Positions 48,328-57,408 of a DNA stretch of 64,000 nucleotides are shown in pieces. The notes beneath the pieces are model-generated. The model did no database searches. It was not told the DNA's origin and saw only the letters and a list, made by a program, of their open reading frames with translations. The position numbers and the translations under genes are program-made. This DNA comes from Candidatus Latescibacterota bacterium (GTDB lineage: Bacteria > Latescibacterota > UBA2968 > GCA-2709665). How positions within the stretch are numbered: position 1 is the first letter of the stretch; the number at the start of each line of letters is the position of its first letter. The stretch is from contig OZ220733.1 in the NCBI GenBank assembly GCA_965116875.1, positions 4,928,001-4,992,000 on the forward strand. Reading direction: 5' to 3'.

Positions 48328-48496
48328 CAATCTCGATGCGGAAATTGAGGCGTCAGTTTATTGGGCGGCAATGGCCCTGTCTGAAGCACCTATCCGTTCG
48401 GAATAGCGGATGGACTATGGGTCAACATGCATTGATAGGACGAAAACGGTCGGCACTGACGTCCGAGGCTACCCTGCCTGCTCACAAACGCTTTGC

Positions 48497-49852
48497 TCAC
48501 TCGATTCTCATCGGCATCAGCACTGCTTTGCGGTCAGGTTGGTCGCATGAAATGAATAGTAGCCCCTTCAGGGGATCGGTAAGATAAATTTCCAACATTC
48601 CCCGAGTTTCAATTCCAGAAACAACGTCACTCAGGTAGGCGTGATTTACACTGGATCTGAACGGTTCAGGACTGTCTTTCAGGTTGACCTTGCCATCCAT
48701 TGAGGTCGTGAACCGCCAGTACGGAGCGCCCGCCCACGGAGCATCGTCCGTCGACACAGGTTTATCGGCTTTCTCTCTACTGACACCATAACCCAGATCC
48801 CTTGACGTGGTCAGCGAGAGCGTCTGATGTGTATTGGATATCTGAATCTCTACCTGTGGTAGATACGTGAAGATTTCTGCCGCCGGATGCCTGGGTTCCA
48901 GATGCTCTGCAATCAGGTTCACAGCCTTTAGCAGTTCGACCGAGGATACGCGAACGAAATTGTCTCCCTTCTCAGGTATCACTGCCTCATATTTTACATA
49001 GGGTTCGTCGAGAATCGAAATTGTGTGTTCGGCATCTCCCCCAGACTTGAGGATAGCCTGCTCGTCTCCAATAGACAACGTAGCCCGCTCGGGGTGTGGC
49101 GACGGCATTTCGAGCCCGGGCCCCAGGACCACCTGCTTCTCCAGGTCCTCCGTGCCCTCGAGTGTGCGCAGCAGCAACCGCGCTCCGTCGCAACCAACAA
49201 CGCGCCCGCCGGTGTCGAGGCACACGCCCTGGAGAATAGGCCGGGATTCGTCCGTGCTCACGAACCGGGTCGCCCAATAGAGCGTCCGAAGATCCTGCGC
49301 CGTAAGATCGTACGTGTTTCCAACGGTTGTCATTTCACACATCTCCTTTCTGATCCGCTGCCTCGCCTTCTGCAGGCGGCTGCGGACGGTATTCAGTTCC
49401 AGCCCCAGTTGAGACGCGGTTTCCGCATAGGAATGGCCCCTGAAATAGTGATGTTCGATTACGTCCCGATGCGCGCCTGAAAGCCGGCGGATTGCCTGCC
49501 TGACCATCATGCGGGCTTCCCGTTCCACCTCGGATTCGTCTGCGTCGGGCTCGGCCCACTCCATGGACAGTGTCTCCTCGAATCGGATCTGGACGATCCT
49601 TCGCCGGTGCCACTTTCGCGCCGTGTTGTCGGCGATCCTTGAAAGCCACGGGCCAAAACGGCTTCCATCGCGGAGCTGACCCATGCGTCGAAACGCCAGC
49701 AGGAACACCTCCTGAACCAGGTCTTCGGCATCGTCCGGACGCCTGACGACGCGGCGGACCCTCGCGAGAACCCGTCCACCGTAGCGATCCACCAGACGGC
49801 CGAACGCCCATGCGTCTCCTGAGACCGCAAGCCGGACCAGGTCCCGATCCAT
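48497..49852 (-). CDS. ECF sigma factor fused to DNA polymerase III beta-clamp (DnaN) domains II-III
   Basis: sigma2 AFGRLVDRY...DAEDLVQEVFL...WLSRIA.N; sigma4 SYAETA..LGL...TVRSRL..AR; then STDESRPILQGV, CDGARL, YVKYEAVIP, VNHAYL.DV and terminal LMPMR. Confidence 0.85.
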   Translation of the reverse strand: MDRDLVRLAVSGDAWAFGRLVDRYGGRVLARVRRVVRRPDDAEDLVQEVFLLAFRRMGQLRDGSRFGPWLSRIADNTARKWHRRRIVQIRFEETLSMEWAEPDADESEVEREARMMVRQAIRRLSGAHRDVIEHHYFRGHSYAETASQLGLELNTVRSRLQKARQRIRKEMCEMTTVGNTYDLTAQDLRTLYWATRFVSTDESRPILQGVCLDTGGRVVGCDGARLLLRTLEGTEDLEKQVVLGPGLEMPSPHPERATLSIGDEQAILKSGGDAEHTISILDEPYVKYEAVIPEKGDNFVRVSSVELLKAVNLIAEHLEPRHPAAEIFTYLPQVEIQISNTHQTLSLTTSRDLGYGVSREKADKPVSTDDAPWAGAPYWRFTTSMDGKVNLKDSPEPFRSSVNHAYLSDVVSGIETRGMLEIYLTDPLKGLLFISCDQPDRKAVLMPMRIE

Positions 49853-50045
49853 AAGCCTTTCCAAATTTCGCCTCCGGGAAGCGTCAAAAACCGCGCGCGT
49901 GACATGAATAAAGATGCGCATCACACCGGAAAGTATCCTGCGTATATGAAAAAAACCAGCGTCAGGTCGCCGGCTGTCACAAAAAAAACCACCCCGACAG
50001 GGACGGCGACCGGCGGTTCAACTGAGGAAAACAAAAGGAATCGCG

Positions 50046-52121
50046 TTACAATGCGACCGCAAGACTGCTGACGGGGCCCTTTACACCGGCGCTGTTGACG
50101 GAGCGCACCCGCAACGTGTTCACCCCTTCGTGCAGTCGCCAGTCGAACCCCGCCTGGCACCGTTTCCACTCGTTGAAGTCCAGGCTGGACAAGTAACCCG
50201 AGAAACAGGGTGTCTGCGTCTCCAGGCTGACCCTCAGCGCACTCCCTTCCTCACTCACCTCCGCGGTATAGCGGGTCTGGTTCATCGACGGATAGAAATC
50301 CGATCGGCGGTTCGTGTGACGCGTGAAGTGAGGCAGCGCCGGCACCTTGTCATCGGCCCAGTTGAGATACCCGTCCCACGCCCAGACTTCGGTGCCCTGA
50401 CTCACCGGCAGAGGGCGCGGCTGGCTGAAGACATTGCTTCGGGGGATCATACGGAAGTGGCAGAACGACCTGAACAGAAAGTGCGCCCCCTCTGTGGCAG
50501 AGTACTCGTGATTTCCTTCCCGAACTGCAATCGGCAGGTCCCGAACGAGGGTATCGTGATCCTGCCGGAACAGGTACGGTCGATCCCAGCGTTCGACGTC
50601 CTCGAGCCTGTCCGCCAGGACCTCGTGCACTTCCAGCGTATCCAGCGGCACACGCGTTTTCGGATCGTACCAGTAGAAATCACGCGTTGCGTCCAGGTGG
50701 ACCCACTTGCGATAGTCGTTCGACCAGACCTCCGCGATCTCGTGCCCGGTCATGCCTTCGCTATGGAAATTCACGTGCCGCGCGGGGAATCCGAAACTCA
50801 GACAGGCGGCCACCAGCGCCACGTTGGGATAGAGGCACATCTTGTCGCGGCGCCGCTGCGGGTACCGGTTCATGACAATCGTTCCGGTGTCATCCCGATC
50901 GTGCATCAGCCATTCCAGGACGTTCCATGGATAGTGCCGGCACGCACCCATCGGAACGGCATACGCCCACGCCATCAGGCGCTCGATCGCCTGGAATTCC
51001 GTCTGTGCCCCGGCGACGACGGCATCCAGTTCGAACCGCTCGCGCAGTTCCCGTAAACTGGCGTGCCTGTAGTCCTCGTCCGCGATCCAGTATGAAGACC
51101 GCCGGATGGACGCGTTCTCCGTGCTGACGACCCGGGGAGGCGCACCTCCTTCCGGACTTGCCTCGGCCAGGACACGCAGGGCCTTTAAAACGGGCGTGCG
51201 CGACGGGTCCGACGTCTGTAACCGCATGCGCCACTGGAGGTAACGTCCCGAGATGCGCGTTACCGGCGACCCGCGTTCGCACGATTGCCATTTGCTCCAG
51301 CCCGCCTCATTCACGACCGGATCCGGTCCTGTCCTCACGTCACATTGGACGCAGGTACCGGCGGGCAGATCGACGTCCCAATCCAGGCGCAACCCACGAA
51401 TGGTATGCCGTCGTTTGACCTCCCCTTCGCCCGCGGCATCGATGACAGGCGACACGATACGCCCGTATTCACGGTAGCCGTCCAGCACCAGCCGGATCAC
51501 GTATTCTCCGCGTTCGGACGCCCATTCGCCGTCTCGGCGCACAAGACTCGAAGCAGGCGGCACAACCGGATCCGGCATCCCCTTCACGTAGTCCCGATAG
51601 TCCGCCACCATCAGACTCCACCCCACCCCTCCGTCGGCGACGTCGAATGCCAGCTGGTTTTCGCCCTGGCGAAGGCAACCGTCGGGCAGTTCCACGTAAT
51701 ACCACCGGCTCCAACTCCATGCGCCCTCATCGGGCGCCAACTCCCAATACTGTTTCGCGTCGGGCGTAGCGAGCGGGGAGGGCGGACGCAGCACCTCCGT
51801 CCCGTTGACATTGATTCGCAGCGTGGCCGAGTGACCTCTCCGCTCCCGCGCGATAAAGGCCACCTTCGCCGTCGCCGCCGGACGCTTCCGCAACGTCAGT
51901 ACTTTTTTCAGCGCCAGGCCGTCGGATATCTCCAGAAACGGATCCACGTCGAGGTCGTCAGACCGTCCGGCGCCGGGGCTGTCGTTCTCAACCACCGAAC
52001 CCCTGAAGAGGCGGATACCCGAATCGTCTTTCCCCATCCAGAGATCGGCGACGTCCGACGTGCGGTAAATCTCTTGCGCGGGAAACAGGCTCTTTGTCTT
52101 TTTGAAGTCCTCTTCAGCCAT
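50046..52121 (-). CDS. Transglutaminase-like domain protein with N-terminal beta-rich domains
   Basis: Putative Cys-His-Asp triad: MCLY, GHEIAEVWS, WVHLD. Confidence 0.72.
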   Translation of the reverse strand: MAEEDFKKTKSLFPAQEIYRTSDVADLWMGKDDSGIRLFRGSVVENDSPGAGRSDDLDVDPFLEISDGLALKKVLTLRKRPAATAKVAFIARERRGHSATLRINVNGTEVLRPPSPLATPDAKQYWELAPDEGAWSWSRWYYVELPDGCLRQGENQLAFDVADGGVGWSLMVADYRDYVKGMPDPVVPPASSLVRRDGEWASERGEYVIRLVLDGYREYGRIVSPVIDAAGEGEVKRRHTIRGLRLDWDVDLPAGTCVQCDVRTGPDPVVNEAGWSKWQSCERGSPVTRISGRYLQWRMRLQTSDPSRTPVLKALRVLAEASPEGGAPPRVVSTENASIRRSSYWIADEDYRHASLRELRERFELDAVVAGAQTEFQAIERLMAWAYAVPMGACRHYPWNVLEWLMHDRDDTGTIVMNRYPQRRRDKMCLYPNVALVAACLSFGFPARHVNFHSEGMTGHEIAEVWSNDYRKWVHLDATRDFYWYDPKTRVPLDTLEVHEVLADRLEDVERWDRPYLFRQDHDTLVRDLPIAVREGNHEYSATEGAHFLFRSFCHFRMIPRSNVFSQPRPLPVSQGTEVWAWDGYLNWADDKVPALPHFTRHTNRRSDFYPSMNQTRYTAEVSEEGSALRVSLETQTPCFSGYLSSLDFNEWKRCQAGFDWRLHEGVNTLRVRSVNSAGVKGPVSSLAVAL

Positions 52122-52167
52122 TCTCCGGTCCCGATCGATTCCCGTGGGCGCCGCATATGATAGCCGC

Positions 52168-53406
52168 CTATTTCAGATAGGCCGTCTCCACCTTTTCAAG
52201 AGCGGCAACGATGTCCGACACCTCCCGGTCTCCGTAGTTCTCGTGGATCGGCATCGTAAAGTGGCTCTCGGCGGCTTCGACCGCGTTGGGACACGGAAAG
52301 GTGGCATTGCGATCGCCCCGATAGTCCGGGAGTCCCCAGGGATAGTCGCTGTTGCCGAAAACCCTGCGTTCCCTGAACCACGCGGACTCGGACGGGATAT
52401 GCCGATAGGATACGGACGCCGAAAGGCCTTCGGCCGCCAGAGCCCTGACGAAGCCTGCCTTGTCAACGCTCAGTCTTGCCGTATCCACGTGAAAGCGGAG
52501 GAACCAATATACGCATTCGGTACCCGTCACCTGCCTGCCCATGGATACGGCCTTCAGATGGTCGATACCGTCGCGTATCGCGTCCCCCGCCCTTCGACGG
52601 TTATCCGCAATCTCACCCAGGCGGCGCAGCTGGACCCTGCCGATCGCCGCTGCCAGATCGCTTCCGTTCATATTCAGGCTCGCCCTGGTGTTGGAGAGCC
52701 CGCTCCCTTCGAGATTGAAAGGCTTGCCCCGATCGGAGAATCGCTTCACCCGCCAATAGAGATCGTGATCTTTCACAAAGACAACGCCGCCCTGGGAGCC
52801 CGTGGCGTGATGCTTGCCGCTCATCGTAGAGAATGTCCCCATCGACCCCATACTCCCCACAACCCGCCCCCTGTACCTTGCGCCATGCGCCTGCGCGCAA
52901 TCCTCGATCACCGGCAGCCCGCGCGAATCGGCCAGCTCCAGAATCGGGTCCATGTCCGCCGGTTCCCCGGCGATATGCGCAACGATGATCGCGCGGGAAT
53001 GTTCGGTCAGCACCGCCTCGATCTGTTCCGCTCCGGCGTTGAACGTGCCGGGATCAGCGTCCGCAACAACCGGTACCAGGTTCAGCAGCGCAACCGGCAT
53101 CACCCCTCCCGGATCGGTGATCGGCGGCACCACCACCTCGCCGGGCACCTCCAGTTCGAGGGCGCCAAGCGCCGAGTACAGAGACGTCGTGCCCGAGTTC
53201 ACAAGGTCGGCGTACCCGCCGCCCATGAAGTCCGCAAAGTCACGTTCGTACGCGCGTTCCTCGGGCCCGTCGTACCCGAACGCGTTTCCGGACCGGATAC
53301 TTTCGTCGAAGAGCGCCATCACGGCCTGCTTTTCCTCCTCGCCGAAGAGACGCCGCGCGGGCATGGGCACCTTCCGTACCTTCTCACCGCCATCGATCGC
53401 CAGCAT
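52168..53406 (-). CDS. DegT/DnrJ/EryC1/StrS PLP aminotransferase
   Basis: LAIDGG, NSGT, VIEDCAQAHG, FSTMSGKH..GSQGG. Confidence 0.93.
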   Translation of the reverse strand: MLAIDGGEKVRKVPMPARRLFGEEEKQAVMALFDESIRSGNAFGYDGPEERAYERDFADFMGGGYADLVNSGTTSLYSALGALELEVPGEVVVPPITDPGGVMPVALLNLVPVVADADPGTFNAGAEQIEAVLTEHSRAIIVAHIAGEPADMDPILELADSRGLPVIEDCAQAHGARYRGRVVGSMGSMGTFSTMSGKHHATGSQGGVVFVKDHDLYWRVKRFSDRGKPFNLEGSGLSNTRASLNMNGSDLAAAIGRVQLRRLGEIADNRRRAGDAIRDGIDHLKAVSMGRQVTGTECVYWFLRFHVDTARLSVDKAGFVRALAAEGLSASVSYRHIPSESAWFRERRVFGNSDYPWGLPDYRGDRNATFPCPNAVEAAESHFTMPIHENYGDREVSDIVAALEKVETAYLK

Positions 53407-53427
53407 ACACCTGCCTCCTGAAGTGTG

Positions 53428-54288
53428 TTAGGTTTTAGGTCCGGCAAAGGCCGTCCACAATTCACCGATACCCGCGCGCAGGGCGCGCGCATCCGGAAAA
53501 CAGCGATAGACCATTCTCGTTCGTGTCACCATCTCCGCGCCCGCCGTGAGGTCCCCGCCATAGCACCAGTCGTGCGCGGTATCCCAACCGTGGTACTGTC
53601 CGGTCAGGTAGGTCGTGTGGTCGGGGTCGCAGAGGAAAACCAGCGTGAATCCGTTGGCCGAGTTCCTGGCGGCCAGGATGGGCAGGCTGAAGTCCCTTTC
53701 TTCCAGATCCCGATGCAGGCCCCGGTCCGGCTCACCGTATCGGCCGTCCTGAATCATCTCGCGCGAGAAGTCGTTTCTGGCGATGCCGAACGTCCGGTTG
53801 ATCGTCACCCGGTTGTTGAGCTTCGTCCAGGTCCGGGCCCCCCCGGCATTCGCAACCGTCACCCAGGTCTCGTCGAATATTTCGGCAATGTACGAGGCGA
53901 AGAAAACCTCAAAACGCCGGACCTCCGCCGACGGTCGTATCGTCGTCACCAGGTCCACCGCATCGCCGAACGGACGATAGTGGAGGTCCATCTCCAGCCC
54001 GAAGTCCGGCTCCGGGGGAAATCGGATGTAGACACCGTTCTCCTTCAACCCGTGCGCCACCTCCCTCGCCAGGGAGAGCCGCCGCGGGTACATCACCATC
54101 CCCGATCCCGGCCTGAGGTAATATTCGGCATTCAGAAACGCCTTGTTGTGCCGAACCACGCCTGACCTGAAGTTTCGGTGCATCAACCCGCAGATGCCGT
54201 GGTAATTCGTAAAGGGTTGAATGCCCCCCATAATCTCGCCGGTATCGAACTCGTAACACCGGGACAGTCCGCTCCAGGCAATCTGCAC
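53428..54288 (-). CDS. Hypothetical protein (start uncertain)
   Basis: Long ORF with GTG start after GGAGG, 21 bp upstream of the DegT gene. Confidence 0.6.
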   Translation of the reverse strand: MQIAWSGLSRCYEFDTGEIMGGIQPFTNYHGICGLMHRNFRSGVVRHNKAFLNAEYYLRPGSGMVMYPRRLSLAREVAHGLKENGVYIRFPPEPDFGLEMDLHYRPFGDAVDLVTTIRPSAEVRRFEVFFASYIAEIFDETWVTVANAGGARTWTKLNNRVTINRTFGIARNDFSREMIQDGRYGEPDRGLHRDLEERDFSLPILAARNSANGFTLVFLCDPDHTTYLTGQYHGWDTAHDWCYGGDLTAGAEMVTRTRMVYRCFPDARALRAGIGELWTAFAGPKT

Positions 54289-54494
54289 AAGCACCCTCCG
54301 AAACCATGCGGCAATCCAAAGGAATGGCGACGCCCGCGCACGGAATAAACCTTCGGGCACATTCCGAGCGCAAGATAATAACCTGGGGGGTCAATGCAAC
54401 CTGATTCTGAACGCGAAAAAAGCGCGAGAAAAGAATTCCCGCGCCAGTTCGCTATTTCAACTTCCCGGTTTCCGTACCGACGATACAGGCGAAT

Positions 54495-55196
54495 TCAGCT
54501 ACCGCCCGCCTGTTCCTGTGCCGTTACCGAATCCACCTCCACATTCAGGTCCAGCTTCAACGGACCCGATGTATCGCGCTTCGCGTCGATCAGTACCGGA
54601 GACGTGGTTGCTGGTTCGGATGGGACATCCGACCCCACGTCGATATCCGGCCCCGTCGTGTCCGCCGCAGCCGGCTCAGGCTTTCCGCCCCAGAAGTCGG
54701 GCGTCGCATTCAGATAGTATGTGATATTGTTGCTGGTCAGATAAACCGCTTCATCGGACCCAAGCCGCACATAATTCTTGCTCCAGTCCCGTTTGGACTG
54801 TCCGAAAACGAATGCGGCAAGCTCCTCACCCCCCGCATTCCTCACGGACAGCCGGATCCCGGCTGAATCGTCAACCGAATATACGCTCCACCGGTCCGCG
54901 CTCCGTGTCATCAGGGTTGTCCGCTCGACCTTCAATACCCTGTCGAACAGATTGTCGATCGGCGCCACCCGCACTTCCAGTGAGTCGTGTCCCACAAGCC
55001 GCCAGACGTCGCCGTCGAGCCGCAGTTCCACGCGTTCTCCCGCCCGCTGGATCGCGACCTGCTGAACGTCGTCCCGGCTTCCCGCGTAGATCGGCACGCC
55101 GGACGCCGTATGCCTCGTCCTGGAAAGCTGAACGTAAACCACGCCGGCGGCCAGCGCCAGTATCACGATCAGCCACAGTCTTGCCCGTTTAGCCAT
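54495..55196 (-). CDS. DUF4340 family protein
   Basis: N-terminal TM anchor; last gene of the Gld-type ABC operon; FG...YVR..VY pattern. Confidence 0.75.
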   Translation of the reverse strand: MAKRARLWLIVILALAAGVVYVQLSRTRHTASGVPIYAGSRDDVQQVAIQRAGERVELRLDGDVWRLVGHDSLEVRVAPIDNLFDRVLKVERTTLMTRSADRWSVYSVDDSAGIRLSVRNAGGEELAAFVFGQSKRDWSKNYVRLGSDEAVYLTSNNITYYLNATPDFWGGKPEPAAADTTGPDIDVGSDVPSEPATTSPVLIDAKRDTSGPLKLDLNVEVDSVTAQEQAGGS

Positions 55197-56691
55197 ATTG
55201 CTCCTCCAGCATCCTTGCGCGCCCGGCTTCCCGTCGCCACCTCAGCAGTCCGTACGCAACGATCAGAACCGGCGGCAGCAGTACATTCAGCCATTTCCAA
55301 CGCGCCTTCTCGGCGTCTTCGAGTTCCGCGAGAGGACGGGTCGTAATCTCCCGGGAGCGGAGCGCCACCAGATCGCTGTCCCCCATCAGGTAATCGGCGA
55401 CATTTGCAATAAAGACGAAATTCTCCGGAAAAGTACCCCCCGATTCGTCTTCGAAAAGACCGGAATCACCTACCAGAACGACCTGGCTCATCCCCTGCGG
55501 GCCTTCCCGTCGCGCCAGCGCGCCCACCACCTTTCCCGGTTGATTCAACGTGTTGAAGAAAGGATTCTCCAGAGGCCGCAGATTGAAGAATCCGGTCATG
55601 ACACCGGACCGGTCGGACGTGTACATCAGCGGCGTCGTCTGCGCGGCGGCCGAGGACGTATCGGTAAGCGCGATCTCGCTGCTGAAGAGCAGGCGCACCT
55701 GCTCGAGCCCGTCCACGGTCAGATGCTCGCCGAAGCGGTGCACCACCGGGAAGAACGGATATTGTATCTGCGAACTCATTTGCAGAAATCCGTGGCGCTG
55801 GCTGATCGTGATCGCGCTGCACCGCTGGTCCAGCACCAGGTTTTCCTTCACCTGCAGGCCCATTGACTCCAGAAAGCCGAACAGATTCGACTCTACAGGC
55901 GTGCCGCGTTGGCCGTTCAGGTCGCCGGTGACCCTCCCCTGGCCGACGAACAGATTGCCCCCGCGGTCCGCGAACGCCTGGAGGTTTGCAAGCTCATCCC
56001 GGCTCAACGAATCCGTCACCCCGCTGATCATCAGCAGGCTGATGTCATCGGGAACGGGTGAGGCAAGTCTGATGTTCCGAACCAGGTACGATTGCTGGAG
56101 TACGGCGGATATGTTCCGCACCCGGGGCGGCTGGGAGCCGATAATCGCAAACGCCAACGCCTGTTTATCCGTATCGATCAGCTTCTTGATCTGTGTGGTG
56201 ATCTCGTATTCGAGGCCGGTGGTGCTTTCAATCACAGGGATGACCTCGCGCCCGTCCCCGTACAGAAACACCATCCCCATGTAGACCCGCTTCACTTCCA
56301 GCTTGTCGTTCTCAACCACCTGAAGCTGCACGGGTTGAATCCCGTATTTCCGCGCTTCGTCCGCCAGGGTCTGGTCGTCTTCGGGCCTGAAAAACTCGAA
56401 ACGCACGCGGCCTTTGCCGAACGCCTCGTATTCTTCCAGTATGTCCTGCAGGTAACGCCTGTTGTTGCCGTACTGAGCCGGCAGGTTGTCCGTAAAGTAG
56501 ACCTTCATTGTCAACAGATCTTCGACCTGCGCCACCACCCGCTTGCTGGAATCGGAAAGCGAATAGATCCCGTTCGCGGTCAGGTCCAGACGAAAAAACA
56601 GGTCTCTGGACACGAAGTTGAGGGCCGAGACGATAACGACCGCGAGAAGCAGATAGATGGTGAACGAACGCCTATTGTGAACCGCAAACAT
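55189..56691 (-). CDS. GldG-like ABC auxiliary/substrate-binding protein
   Basis: RLDLTANGIYSLS, LEYEIT, N..DYL..D..L..LRSR, C-terminal TM. Confidence 0.88.
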   Translation of the reverse strand: MFAVHNRRSFTIYLLLAVVIVSALNFVSRDLFFRLDLTANGIYSLSDSSKRVVAQVEDLLTMKVYFTDNLPAQYGNNRRYLQDILEEYEAFGKGRVRFEFFRPEDDQTLADEARKYGIQPVQLQVVENDKLEVKRVYMGMVFLYGDGREVIPVIESTTGLEYEITTQIKKLIDTDKQALAFAIIGSQPPRVRNISAVLQQSYLVRNIRLASPVPDDISLLMISGVTDSLSRDELANLQAFADRGGNLFVGQGRVTGDLNGQRGTPVESNLFGFLESMGLQVKENLVLDQRCSAITISQRHGFLQMSSQIQYPFFPVVHRFGEHLTVDGLEQVRLLFSSEIALTDTSSAAAQTTPLMYTSDRSGVMTGFFNLRPLENPFFNTLNQPGKVVGALARREGPQGMSQVVLVGDSGLFEDESGGTFPENFVFIANVADYLMGDSDLVALRSREITTRPLAELEDAEKARWKWLNVLLPPVLIVAYGLLRWRREAGRARMLEEQYG

Positions 56692-56694
56692 CGA

Positions 56695-57408
56695 CTACCT
56701 CCACTTTCTCATCTCCAGAACCCGAAGGGTGAGTGCCAGAAACAACCAGATCATCCCTGCGAAATAGACGAGGTTCCTGGAATCCACGACGCCCCGTGCG
56801 ATATTCGAAAGATGAAAGTCCACGCTGACGTATTGCGCAACTGTCGCCAGCCCGGCCGGTATGAACAGCAGCAGTTTGTCGAGCAGGAAAAACACCATGA
56901 TGATCGAGATCGCGATGATCAGCGAAATCACCTGGTTTTCCGCCAGACTGCTTGCAAACGTCCCAACGGCCGCGTAAAATGCGCCCACGAGGACAAGGCC
57001 CACGTATCCGGTAATCACAGCGCCTACGTCGACGTGCGTGCCAACAGCCAGGAGCGTGAGAAAATGCACCAGTGTAAAAAGCAGCCCCACAACGATCAGG
57101 CTCACCGCCGCCAGGTATTTGCCCGTGACGAATTCTATGTCCTGGATCGGCATGGTTGACAGGACTTCCATTGTCCCCAGGTTCTTTTCCTTCGCGATCA
57201 GACCCATGGATATGGCCGGCACGAAGAACAGGAACACCAGCGGCACGATGTTGAATAGCGCGCGCATGTCGGACTGTCCGATAAGGAAGAACGTGCTTGT
57301 GAAGAAGTACCCGCTCAGCACCGCGAAAATAACCAGAAAAATGTAGGCCATGGGGCTGTTGAAGTAGGAGCGGATTTCCTTCAGATAGATCGCCTTCGTA
57401 TTATGCAT
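56695..57408 (-). CDS. GldF-like ABC-2 permease
   Basis: KEIRSYFNSPMAY, PAISM..IAKEK..GTME.L, GKY, ENQ, RGVVD. Confidence 0.9.
   Translation of the reverse strand: MHNTKAIYLKEIRSYFNSPMAYIFLVIFAVLSGYFFTSTFFLIGQSDMRALFNIVPLVFLFFVPAISMGLIAKEKNLGTMEVLSTMPIQDIEFVTGKYLAAVSLIVVGLLFTLVHFLTLLAVGTHVDVGAVITGYVGLVLVGAFYAAVGTFASSLAENQVISLIIAISIIMVFFLLDKLLLFIPAGLATVAQYVSVDFHLSNIARGVVDSRNLVYFAGMIWLFLALTLRVLEMRKWR

Noticed and set aside
48336-48587. 83-aa ORF after the orphan attenuator as the regulated gene
   Set aside because: No SD, no recognisable motif, and it overlaps the 3' end of the convergent sigma-clamp gene
48497-49333. Calling this region the housekeeping dnaN
   Set aside because: It lacks domain I, is fused to a sigma factor, is divergent, and has no dnaA/recF/gyrB context
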